Shown here: positions 10,307 to 19,155 of the stretch, in pieces
Position numbering within the stretch: position 1 is the first letter of the stretch
Layout: each line of letters starts with the position of its first letter
IMG/VR virus record: IMGVR_UViG_3300045971_000163
Span: 32,001 to 96,000 of that record
Strand: one strand, 5' to 3'
DNA: 64,000 bases
Source of the DNA: a virus
Notes under the pieces: generated by a model
Database searches by the model: none
Told to the model about the DNA's origin: nothing
The model's input: only the letters and a program-made list of their open reading frames with translations
Program-made: the position numbers and the translations under genes

Positions 10307-10325
10307 CGATAAATAATATTTATCG
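10307..10325. promoter_or_regulatory. Palindromic pair of late promoters driving divergent genes
   Basis: CGATAAATA-A-TATTTATCG: ATAAATA on + (10309-10315) and on - (10317-10323) between 8388..10298(-) and 10337..10804(+). Confidence 0.7.
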
Positions 10326-10336
10326 CGCATAAACTA

Positions 10337-10804
10337 ATGACCATTTTAATTGCCCACCGCGGCAACATCAACGGCCCACAGCCAGAAAAGGAAAATACAC
10401 TCAAATATTTATTTGATGCTGTTGAGGCTGGGTATGATGTTGAAGTAGATATATGGCTAGTTGGTAACCAATGGTTTTTAGGTCATGATGAACCGCATAT
10501 TCCAGTGCACGATATTGATCTTCATTATTTAGCACCCCATGCGTGGTTTCATGCTAAAAACTATGCTGCGTTAAGCGAGTTAACTCACATTGAATGTCAT
10601 GTGTTTGCCCATGAGCAAGATCCGTTCGTAGTTACTAACAAAGGTTGGATATGGTCCCATAAAGGCTGTGTTAACCCGCATGGCATAGTGGTAATGCCAT
10701 CGTTAGAAACAGAGCAGCACCTTATACTAAACTGTGCAGGCGTGTGCCACGACTACTTGCTAGACGTTGAGAAAATTCTCGCTAACAATCCGCATAACGT
10801 CTGA
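10337..10804 (+). CDS. GDPD/PLC-like phosphodiesterase-fold protein
   Basis: IAHRGN...ENT...GYDVEVDIW...LGHDEP...WFHAKN. Confidence 0.8.
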   Translation: MTILIAHRGNINGPQPEKENTLKYLFDAVEAGYDVEVDIWLVGNQWFLGHDEPHIPVHDIDLHYLAPHAWFHAKNYAALSELTHIECHVFAHEQDPFVVTNKGWIWSHKGCVNPHGIVVMPSLETEQHLILNCAGVCHDYLLDVEKILANNPHNV

Positions 10805-11767
10805 CGTTGCAGAAATCCGTATCAGTAACTTTCTGCTTACTGGCGGTAGTAATACATCGCGCTTAAACGTTAGCCCAGCTTCTGTAAATTTTGCAAAGTA
10901 ATCATCCTGCGGTACATGCACCCAGTTGCCGCCAATGTTCCACGGATAATGCCGTGCTATCTCTTTGCGGTATGCTATTGTGTTACCAACATAGTTGTCA
11001 TGAAGTTCAGCGTTTTGTAATACCCATTGCGTAAATTTCACACTCGCGCCAGTAATGGGGAACATAGGCCGCATCTTAGCCATGACTTGAATAATCTCTT
11101 TCTTCGCTATAGCGTAGCCAACTCTTGCTCCGGCACCACCAAACGATTTGCTCAGACTATAGGCAAAAATATAGTTCTTGTCTAACTTGTCGTGTACGTT
11201 AAGAGGTGTACAACCAAAGTCTGAGTATACTGAGTCAACCACTATAGGTACTTCGTAACGTTCCAAAGTTGCAAACAAATCAAGTGACGGTGAGTCACCA
11301 ACTGGTGAGTTTGGATTTGTCATCACTACAAGGCTAGGCTTTGTACAGGGAAAGTTAGTGTCGTGTGTTAGTGTAAGCCCGTCGTATTTCAACAGCACCG
11401 GCTCGCATGCGTTTTGTGCTGTGTATACATCGTACATTGGAAAGTGATACTCAGGCATGATTACTTGTGTATTGTGTTTAGTAAAGCACTGAAACGCACA
11501 AAAAATCACGCCGTCTGCTCCTGAAAACAGCATAATATTTTCAGGCTTTACATTGTGTCTATCCGCTAATGTTTGCTTTAGCACGGAGTCATTGGGATAA
11601 TTTATGAAATCCTCTTGCGTTAGTGTGCACATAAACTTATGCCAGTCTAAAGCGTCAAACGGAACAGTTCGCTCACATGCATGTAACCGTTTACCGATGG
11701 TAGCATTACCAATCGTGTTTACCGTATTCATACGGACTACCTTGTCTAAATGCTTATTGTACTTCAT
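10760..11767 (-). CDS. PLP-dependent class I/II aminotransferase/decarboxylase (HisC/CobD-like)
   Basis: YP, NPNSPVG, DSVY, SLSKSFGGAGARVGY (PLP lysine). Confidence 0.85.
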   Translation of the reverse strand: MKYNKHLDKVVRMNTVNTIGNATIGKRLHACERTVPFDALDWHKFMCTLTQEDFINYPNDSVLKQTLADRHNVKPENIMLFSGADGVIFCAFQCFTKHNTQVIMPEYHFPMYDVYTAQNACEPVLLKYDGLTLTHDTNFPCTKPSLVVMTNPNSPVGDSPSLDLFATLERYEVPIVVDSVYSDFGCTPLNVHDKLDKNYIFAYSLSKSFGGAGARVGYAIAKKEIIQVMAKMRPMFPITGASVKFTQWVLQNAELHDNYVGNTIAYRKEIARHYPWNIGGNWVHVPQDDYFAKFTEAGLTFKRDVLLPPVSRKLLIRISATSDVMRIVSENFLNV

Positions 11768-12666
11768 AATATTTGTGACAAGAATTTTGGCAGCTCTTTA
11801 TAGCTACAATTTTTACAATGCTCAGTGGGGTGGTTTGATGCGCAACCCGACGCAATGGTACGCATAGGAACTGACGAGTGAATAAGTTGTAGCGGCTGTT
11901 GGAACAAGTTACCAAGAGGTTTTGCTGATGTGTTCATGCAGCATACCTTTACATTACCGTCTACTGTGACATACAATCCTTTTTTTACCCAAAAGCAATC
12001 ACTATAGTTCCACGGTGTTTTACCTTTGAAATATTGCTTATATTGTCTCAAGTGATCTAACTGTTCTTCAGTGAACCCATTAAGTAAGCCAGTCACTGAT
12101 TTATCCTCGTCCCAGTTTTGTACAAAATTGATGCGTAACCCGTCTAGAGAATACATGTCAACTATTGCTAGTAATATGTCAATGTCAAACACATTTTGCG
12201 GAGTAACAGTAAAGTTAACAGGAAACACACAATTAACTTCTTGTTTAACTGACGCTAATGTCCGTAAAAATTTGTGTAGTTTATCCCAGCTTGAGCCAAA
12301 CCGTATATCTTCGTAGTTTTCCTTGCCACCGTCAATGCTCAAGTAGCACATATCCAAATACTTTACTGCATCTATAAACCTCGTAGTGAGTGCCACTTGA
12401 CAGTTAGTCGCAGATATTACAAATGCTTTTGGAAATGTTTCACGGAACCGTCGTGTAATCGTGTTAAAATGTGGGTGCATGAATGGCTCGCCCATTCCCA
12501 TCAGTTTTGCTTCAGTGATAGGCTGCTTCTCTATTTGCTTTAGCAGCAGATCAAACTGCTCTACTGTCATGTGCGTAGAGCCGTTGATTACTTCTTTACG
12601 GTTGCAAAACTTACAGTCTACATTGCAGTAAGAAGTCGTTTCAAGATAAGCGTATGATATGTTCAT
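11764..12666 (-). CDS. Radical SAM enzyme with C-terminal SPASM/Twitch domain
   Basis: CNVDCKFC, GMGEPF, SIDG; C-terminal CFW...DGNVKVCC...LGN...CKNC. Confidence 0.9.
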   Translation of the reverse strand: MNISYAYLETTSYCNVDCKFCNRKEVINGSTHMTVEQFDLLLKQIEKQPITEAKLMGMGEPFMHPHFNTITRRFRETFPKAFVISATNCQVALTTRFIDAVKYLDMCYLSIDGGKENYEDIRFGSSWDKLHKFLRTLASVKQEVNCVFPVNFTVTPQNVFDIDILLAIVDMYSLDGLRINFVQNWDEDKSVTGLLNGFTEEQLDHLRQYKQYFKGKTPWNYSDCFWVKKGLYVTVDGNVKVCCMNTSAKPLGNLFQQPLQLIHSSVPMRTIASGCASNHPTEHCKNCSYKELPKFLSQIL

Positions 12667-13676
12667 TAGTTAATTTCAAACGGTATATCGTATGATATAA
12701 ACTTTTTAATCCATAGTACCATATTTTCTACATTATCGACATCTTTTTGCCATTGCTCTTCTAATTCTTGCAATTGTGCTACCGTGTTGTCGTCACTGAG
12801 ATCAATGAAATTTAATTTTCGTGCGTCAAGTATATGAGTTGGGCGAATAATTATGTCAGTGACATTCATAAAATGCATTGGAGCGACAGATATTCTAAAA
12901 AGTTCTAAATATTGTAAAACCCACAAGTGCAGCGATGGCGTAAATAACTGCATTCCGCCGCCAGTAGCGCATATATATCTAAACATTAGGCCATATGCAT
13001 AAAAAGCAGTTCTCCCAAAAACATTAAATTGATCAACGAATTGCTCAAACTTAATTACTTGTTTTTGTTCATCTTGACTCCAAAATGCCTGCATTGGTGT
13101 ATATGTAGTAGCAGCTTGTCTGTATACGGTATTCTGTGATACCCCGTTAATTGTGTGAAGTACACTCATACTATTAATTTGAAGGAGCATGTCAGGACGG
13201 GTTAAAATTATTACATCGAATTTAAAATTGCCCTCCTTTTCAAATTGCCTCATTGAATCAAATGATTTTTCATGCAAAAAAGCAACATATGAAAATTCTT
13301 CAACGGTAGGTGGTTCTCCCATTGTTGTGAAATGATTAACGATGTTAACCGTTGACACTACATTTATTTTAATACCTGCAACTAAATCAGTGAATTTGTC
13401 CCCAATGATAGTTAGCAATAACTTTTTTGTAATGCCAGTTTCTAAAAAACTATTAATTTTTTTCGGAAATATCGAGTAAGATTTATCCCAAGTAATAATT
13501 GAAATATAAATTTCTAAATTTGGTAAGGGGAATCCCTCACTTTCAATATTATGCTGCCGTATTATGCTTTTAATAAAGTCAGCATGCGAGTGTACAGCGT
13601 TTCTGTATTCTCTTAATTGGCCAACAAAAGTTAGTAAAATGCGATTTGGTTGCACGTTATCTTCATGTGTTTCCAA
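12666..13676 (-). CDS. Hypothetical protein, possibly glycosyltransferase-related
   Basis: N-terminal LLTFVGQLR and FDVIILTRPD pattern of glycan-locus proteins; AT-rich. Confidence 0.4.
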   Translation of the reverse strand: METHEDNVQPNRILLTFVGQLREYRNAVHSHADFIKSIIRQHNIESEGFPLPNLEIYISIITWDKSYSIFPKKINSFLETGITKKLLLTIIGDKFTDLVAGIKINVVSTVNIVNHFTTMGEPPTVEEFSYVAFLHEKSFDSMRQFEKEGNFKFDVIILTRPDMLLQINSMSVLHTINGVSQNTVYRQAATTYTPMQAFWSQDEQKQVIKFEQFVDQFNVFGRTAFYAYGLMFRYICATGGGMQLFTPSLHLWVLQYLELFRISVAPMHFMNVTDIIIRPTHILDARKLNFIDLSDDNTVAQLQELEEQWQKDVDNVENMVLWIKKFISYDIPFEIN

Positions 13677-14160
13677 AATTTATCCCCCTAATCATATTTT
13701 GGCTATTAAAAATATTTGCTATCAATTGATCATGCGAGTCCGGCGGCGTTCTAACTAAAAGTTGAAACAAAATCAACATTGCTCCAGTGGACCCATTAGC
13801 AGTAATAATGCCGGTGGGAAATGCGGCCAACACCCCACCATTGTGTAATTTTGATGCATGCAAACATCTTTCAGTGACGTTACCGGAAGGCGCTATTAAG
13901 GATTTAGATCTAATAACGTTGTGTTTATTAAAACATATAATAACTTGTTTATAATGAAAATGAGCTACACTTTTTAGAAATTCTGCTATGTCTACTTCCA
14001 TATCAACAAATTGATTAGATTCCGTTAACATGAAAATTTTTTCAGTTATGTAATTAATCCAAAGTAAATCTGTCGGAAATTCAGTAAAATCTTCACCAGT
14101 GGGGTCTACCGTTTCTAATACTATTTGCAATTCTATAGTTTTTGTGATAAAATTCTTCAT
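13663..14160 (-). CDS. Hypothetical protein
   Basis: 165-aa ORF tightly packed in the operon; AT-rich. Confidence 0.55.
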   Translation of the reverse strand: MKNFITKTIELQIVLETVDPTGEDFTEFPTDLLWINYITEKIFMLTESNQFVDMEVDIAEFLKSVAHFHYKQVIICFNKHNVIRSKSLIAPSGNVTERCLHASKLHNGGVLAAFPTGIITANGSTGAMLILFQLLVRTPPDSHDQLIANIFNSQNMIRGINFGNT

Positions 14161-14163
14161 TAA

Positions 14164-15015
14164 TCAAAATCGTTGTATTAAATAATCTGCAATTGTTTTC
14201 TGACCATGCTTGTTATAGTGCCCACCAGCACATCGTAGATGTGATATTCCGAGGTTATCTCCCAAGTCTTCAAAATCTTCTGGAACAACGTCAGGTAATA
14301 TATTTCCATATCTTAAAATATCATATACTAATTGTTTCGTTGATGCTTGCACTTGCATTTTTCGGAAAATGTGCGGCACTGTAGGTATCAAATTTAAAAA
14401 TATTACTTTTTCTACATTATTTACTTTTAACAAATTTGCAGTGTCAACTAATGTCATTGCCCAACTTATTAAAAAATTAGTTACATTAAAATGTGTAATG
14501 AATTCTCTAGCAAATTCCTTTGAAAAATCATTTTGACTGTTTTCTACATTCCCGGGAAAAATTGAGCGCGAAGTAAATCTGCTTAACACAAATTCTAAAT
14601 CATCATTGCGATCTGTCAGCATATTTATCCACACATCGTTGTGCTCTAATAATTGCATAACTCGTGATGGAACTGTTACTCCAACAATCCACGCCGTATC
14701 TTTTGGGTCTACGCTCTTCTTCTTTAGTGATTCAATCAGCAAGTATGTTTGCAGTTTAATTCCTTCTTGACTCGCTCCTGACTGCGCGAAGTTTATATAA
14801 TCATACCCTAACTCTTTAGCCATCAATGACGTAAACCGCATGGTATCAAGTAACTCAAAATACCGGCGAAACATTGCTTGATCAACTGGAATATCAAATT
14901 CCAATGTGGTCATTTCGTCGTGTTTAAGATGCGAAAACTCGTCAGGATAATGTGTGCGTACAAGTTCAGCGCCAAAGATAAAACTATCCCCAACCGCGCA
15001 TAATGTTTTAGCCAT
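14164..15015 (-). CDS. SGNH/GDSL hydrolase-like protein (start reassigned to ATG at 15015)
   Basis: MAKTLCAVGDSFIFG, NFAQSGAS, C-terminal GGHYNKHGQ; ATG overlaps the upstream stop region. Confidence 0.65.
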   Translation of the reverse strand: MAKTLCAVGDSFIFGAELVRTHYPDEFSHLKHDEMTTLEFDIPVDQAMFRRYFELLDTMRFTSLMAKELGYDYINFAQSGASQEGIKLQTYLLIESLKKKSVDPKDTAWIVGVTVPSRVMQLLEHNDVWINMLTDRNDDLEFVLSRFTSRSIFPGNVENSQNDFSKEFAREFITHFNVTNFLISWAMTLVDTANLLKVNNVEKVIFLNLIPTVPHIFRKMQVQASTKQLVYDILRYGNILPDVVPEDFEDLGDNLGISHLRCAGGHYNKHGQKTIADYLIQRF

Positions 15016-16213
15016 GTAATAACCTCGCGAACTCGGGAAAAGTTTCCGCAAACGATGTATGACGCGATGCGTCTAATGCTGTATTAAACTGCAAGCCTTG
15101 TTCTAGTATATCGGTTCCTTTGCTACCGTTAAACATGTTAATCAACATATCTATTTTCCAGCCATCAAGCCCGTTGCATTTCAATAAAATTTCTCCCGTT
15201 AATGCTGCGGGCAGTGCACTCACAGATAAAAATGCTGGATCGTGTACGAAGTTCATGTGTACATGCAACCCACGAGCTTTCATAAACTCATGAAACTCTG
15301 GCAAATAATACACGTTCATCCAACTTACAGTTTGGCATACGCTTGTGTTAATCCACGGTATTGACTGTAACTTATCTAAGTTAGTAATAACATCATCCCA
15401 CTTAGTGCCACTGCGTATGTATTCATTACGGTTACCCAAGTCGTCAATGCTACATGATACCTGTACCGTTTTAAAGTAACTCCATAACTCAATCAAGTTG
15501 TCAGGCAAGTTGGTCATGTTTATGTTGTACCACAGTGTAATCTGCTTGTTCAACCCCCTATCAATTAAGCGTTCCAAATAATGCCAATGCTTTTCGACAA
15601 GAGTGGGTTCGCCACCGTTGATATACAGTAACTCAACGTCTTTGCTATGCTCTAATAAATCGTCCCAGAAAGCTTCACTTTCTGTCCAAGAAGCGTTGAT
15701 TTTCGCATCGTATTGTGTCACAAACTTCAGTTCTTGCTGTAGTTTCTTATACTCTGGAGCCCACTGTGTACTTGATGCTGGATTACATGTTCTGCATTTT
15801 ACATTACACAGATTACCTAAGCGTAGTTCAACAAACTTTAAGTTGACTGGTATTGTGCCGTCTGCTTGCGTTATAGCACGAGCCATATCTTCAGTGAACC
15901 CAAGTTTTTCGTTTTCCTCAATGCGTTTACTTCTTACTCCATTTGCTTCCTCACGATAGCACCGTAAACATGCACGAGGAGTTTCATTATTCAGCATTTG
16001 TAAGCGTGTTTGTTTATAGTAGTCGCTATTCATAATCTCGACTACCTTATTCTCGTTCAAGTTAAGATGTATGGGGCTATTTTTGGGATTACCATCAACA
16101 AAATTTCGAGCACTGTTCCTTGAATAAGTAAAGTCACTCACGCAGCAAAGCGTGACGCCACCATGCGGGTGCGTTGCTAAGTGTATCCACGGTAAACTAC
16201 AGTAAGTGCTCAT
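15008..16213 (-). CDS. Radical SAM enzyme with N-terminal Twitch/SPASM-like Cys domain
   Basis: YCSLPW...LCC...CLRC then GNLCNVKCRTCNP.SS, NGGEP, SIDD. Confidence 0.9.
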   Translation of the reverse strand: MSTYCSLPWIHLATHPHGGVTLCCVSDFTYSRNSARNFVDGNPKNSPIHLNLNENKVVEIMNSDYYKQTRLQMLNNETPRACLRCYREEANGVRSKRIEENEKLGFTEDMARAITQADGTIPVNLKFVELRLGNLCNVKCRTCNPASSTQWAPEYKKLQQELKFVTQYDAKINASWTESEAFWDDLLEHSKDVELLYINGGEPTLVEKHWHYLERLIDRGLNKQITLWYNINMTNLPDNLIELWSYFKTVQVSCSIDDLGNRNEYIRSGTKWDDVITNLDKLQSIPWINTSVCQTVSWMNVYYLPEFHEFMKARGLHVHMNFVHDPAFLSVSALPAALTGEILLKCNGLDGWKIDMLINMFNGSKGTDILEQGLQFNTALDASRHTSFAETFPEFARLLHG

Positions 16214-17616
16214 ATGTTATTCCACCATTCAAGCAGTTTTGGGTTCTCTGCGTAAATATCTTCTATTGTACACGATGCCTCTCGTATCTCAGCAAGTTTT
16301 GACTGCCAACCCTTACCGTTTTTAGCACCTTGCTTGTATTCATTCGGGTATGCTTCTTCATGTGTTGGACGTGTCTTCATTGACTTGAGCGTATTGACTA
16401 GCGACATTTGTTTATGTGACGCTTTTGGTTCCATGTACGCAAGTAAGTCGTTAATCATTTCATCAAGTATTGCCCGCGGCCATGCCATGGGCGTAAACAT
16501 TATGTCAGCATGGAACGCGAACATTATTTTCGTCTCAATCCGCACATCAAGCTCTTGGCTTAGATCAAAAAACTCTTTGAGGCTAAACATGCCAGGGCCA
16601 GTGATGGTCAAATCCAAAATCATTTTGCTGTGGCCACCAGGCAGTGTTGTACCTTGCGTAAAGTTGTCTATCCAAGTTGCCCAGTTTAACCCAGTGCGTA
16701 TAAACTCTGCTATCTCGCCCACACCGTCCATGCTCGCGCACATCATCCAGTCTTTGAAGTGAGGCAGATAGTCATACAAGTTTTTGCCCTTATAACTCAC
16801 TCTGCTTAGGTTGGAGTTGTATCGTAGGTAGCAGTTTTTAGCAGACCCATTGCGCACCATTTCCTCTAATGCCCACCAGTGCATTTCATACATGAGAGGC
16901 TCACCGCCTACCCAATATATTTCCTCTACTATACCTCTGCTAATAGCATCCCTAAACTCAGGCTCAACTACCTCTTGCTGAAACGTTTGCATTGCAGTTT
17001 TTACTTCAGGAATCATAAACGGCTGGTTCTTAGGGTCCCATAAGTTGTGCTGTTTCTTTTCTACTTCCCAGCTTGAGCTAAGTTGTTCTCCACACATACG
17101 ACACTTAAAGTTACACAGGTTACTGTAGCGATAGTCAAAGCTAATGGGCTCCATTGTCGTGTGCCCAGTTTCGTCTGTACTGTCAAAGCATTGCTGTATT
17201 TTGTTGTTAAACAAAAAGCCGGTGAACCACTTCCTGTAAGAGCTGATGCTAAGGATGTCGTCATTACATACATCGCATTGTGGAATACGTTCACCAGCCA
17301 TTAGCTTTTTGCGTATGTCTTTCATGTACTCACTATTCCAATGCTCTTTAAGTGACACTGGATTGTAATCAGATAAAGCTGTCTTAGACTCGGTTACTGC
17401 ACCATACTTTGCATCGTTTGACGAGTCAATGTATTGCTTTTGGAAGCTATGCTCTTCACGTGACGCACAGCAAAGCCTACGTTCAGATTGTGGACTGATG
17501 TAAGTATGTGTCCATGGTGCAGTGCAGAACACCTTGTTAGGTGAGTCCGGACTGCATTGACCGTTTGCCCAAATTGGGATAACCTTGTATTGCTTTACAG
17601 CTTTTTTCTTAGCCAT
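16210..17616 (-). CDS. Radical SAM enzyme with N-terminal Twitch/SPASM-like Cys domain
   Basis: FCTAPW...LCC...CDVC then SNLCNFKCRMC...SS, VGGEPL, SMDG. Confidence 0.9.
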   Translation of the reverse strand: MAKKKAVKQYKVIPIWANGQCSPDSPNKVFCTAPWTHTYISPQSERRLCCASREEHSFQKQYIDSSNDAKYGAVTESKTALSDYNPVSLKEHWNSEYMKDIRKKLMAGERIPQCDVCNDDILSISSYRKWFTGFLFNNKIQQCFDSTDETGHTTMEPISFDYRYSNLCNFKCRMCGEQLSSSWEVEKKQHNLWDPKNQPFMIPEVKTAMQTFQQEVVEPEFRDAISRGIVEEIYWVGGEPLMYEMHWWALEEMVRNGSAKNCYLRYNSNLSRVSYKGKNLYDYLPHFKDWMMCASMDGVGEIAEFIRTGLNWATWIDNFTQGTTLPGGHSKMILDLTITGPGMFSLKEFFDLSQELDVRIETKIMFAFHADIMFTPMAWPRAILDEMINDLLAYMEPKASHKQMSLVNTLKSMKTRPTHEEAYPNEYKQGAKNGKGWQSKLAEIREASCTIEDIYAENPKLLEWWNNI

Positions 17617-19153
17617 TTTTTCCTAATGTATCGTTTGCAGTATCCCAGCCGTGGCCGTTATCTGTATCGTAATCTTCAGTAGTTGCAGGGTCGCCAGCGC
17701 GAGTACGCTCTGTTTCACTTGCGTATACTTGAGTAAGAATCTCAGTCGCAGTTGGTGTTTCAACATCAATACTATCTAAGAAGTCTACGAACTCTTTAGG
17801 GAAAGTAGCACGGAAGTCTTTGCCGCGACGAACGTCGTATTGTAAGTAAAAGTTCTTGAAGTCGTTGTATAACTTAGGAGTCTCTGCCGTGTTCTTATGC
17901 GGAGTTTTAACTACGTCTAAGTAGTCAACTAATCGTAATGTCTGAGCACGTTCCCAGTCGTTAAATATTTGTTGCCCGGTGTGGTCCTTTTCATCAGCAG
18001 TAATCTGCACGTTGTACCAGTCTTCTAACTTCACTTTGTACTTGTGTTTGATCTCTTCTGGTAGTATTGCGCAGGCTTGGAAGCTAGGGAATCGCAAAAT
18101 ATTAAGCGACATTGCACACCATTGCGCTCCATGCTTACGCTTAATAGCCAACATGTCGTCCATAAACTCAGTGATGCTTGCGAGGCAAAGGCTATTGATA
18201 GTCATCATACAATGAAGTCTACGGACGTTACCCTCAACAATAATGCGCTCAATGTTTGCTAACCATTGCTGATAATCCATACCATCGCGAATATACTCGC
18301 TGTGAGCACCAATGCTTTCATTACTTGTATAAATGTCAAACTGTGGAACATAATGGCTCATTGTAATGAGCTTGTCCAACAACGCTTTCTTGGGAACAAG
18401 ATTGGAGTTAACTGCATAGCGCATTTTTGCTCCTTTTTCAGGGTTTGCCTTAAACCAGTCAAACAACTTCCATACAGAGGGAGCCATGAGGGGTTCGCCT
18501 CCTGTAATCCGAATCTCTTCAAGATTATCTGACAGGCTGCTATTCCACCATTTCCAGAAGGCTTGGATGTAGGGATTGTCGTCGTCTTTTTCGGCGGCGT
18601 TTTCTGCCCACGGTGCTGTATCAATGAAGTGCCCTCGTCCATCAGATACGATGTTACGATAGGGACCAAACTTTTTAATGTCGCGTACCCAAGCAGTGCT
18701 AAAGGCAGGATTGCAATAAGAGCAAGAAAAATTGCAAGTGCGCTCAAAGCTAATTTCCAACGTCTTGAGATCGACATCCGCGTCCCACGGCATTTGTGTT
18801 GATTTGGTAATGTCTGCATCTTCGTAAATCTCTGTCTTAAATACACGGTCGCTAACATTATCACGATCCATATCCTCCACTTTCCAGCAGTATTCGCATT
18901 CGTGCGGTCGTGTGCCTTCTAACATCATCTTACGCATTTTCTTCTTGTGTTGCGTATTGTGGATGGCAGACGGGTTGTCTTTAATCTCGTCCAGATCAAT
19001 TTTGTGGGCTGGTGGGTGGTGACAACTTGTCGTCTGTCCATGCCCCAACCATATTGTTGCGTTATACCATTTTGCTGAACAGTACGAATCAGAAATAGGG
19101 TCAATGACCCTAACCTTAAACTCTTTTAGACTCTCGTTTGCTTTGCGACCCAT
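17609..19153 (-). CDS. Radical SAM enzyme with N-terminal Twitch-like domain
   Basis: YCSAKW...SCHHP...CEYCWKVE then CNFSCSYC, TGGEPL. Confidence 0.9.
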   Translation of the reverse strand: MGRKANESLKEFKVRVIDPISDSYCSAKWYNATIWLGHGQTTSCHHPPAHKIDLDEIKDNPSAIHNTQHKKKMRKMMLEGTRPHECEYCWKVEDMDRDNVSDRVFKTEIYEDADITKSTQMPWDADVDLKTLEISFERTCNFSCSYCNPAFSTAWVRDIKKFGPYRNIVSDGRGHFIDTAPWAENAAEKDDDNPYIQAFWKWWNSSLSDNLEEIRITGGEPLMAPSVWKLFDWFKANPEKGAKMRYAVNSNLVPKKALLDKLITMSHYVPQFDIYTSNESIGAHSEYIRDGMDYQQWLANIERIIVEGNVRRLHCMMTINSLCLASITEFMDDMLAIKRKHGAQWCAMSLNILRFPSFQACAILPEEIKHKYKVKLEDWYNVQITADEKDHTGQQIFNDWERAQTLRLVDYLDVVKTPHKNTAETPKLYNDFKNFYLQYDVRRGKDFRATFPKEFVDFLDSIDVETPTATEILTQVYASETERTRAGDPATTEDYDTDNGHGWDTANDTLGKNG

Positions 19154-19155
19154 TG

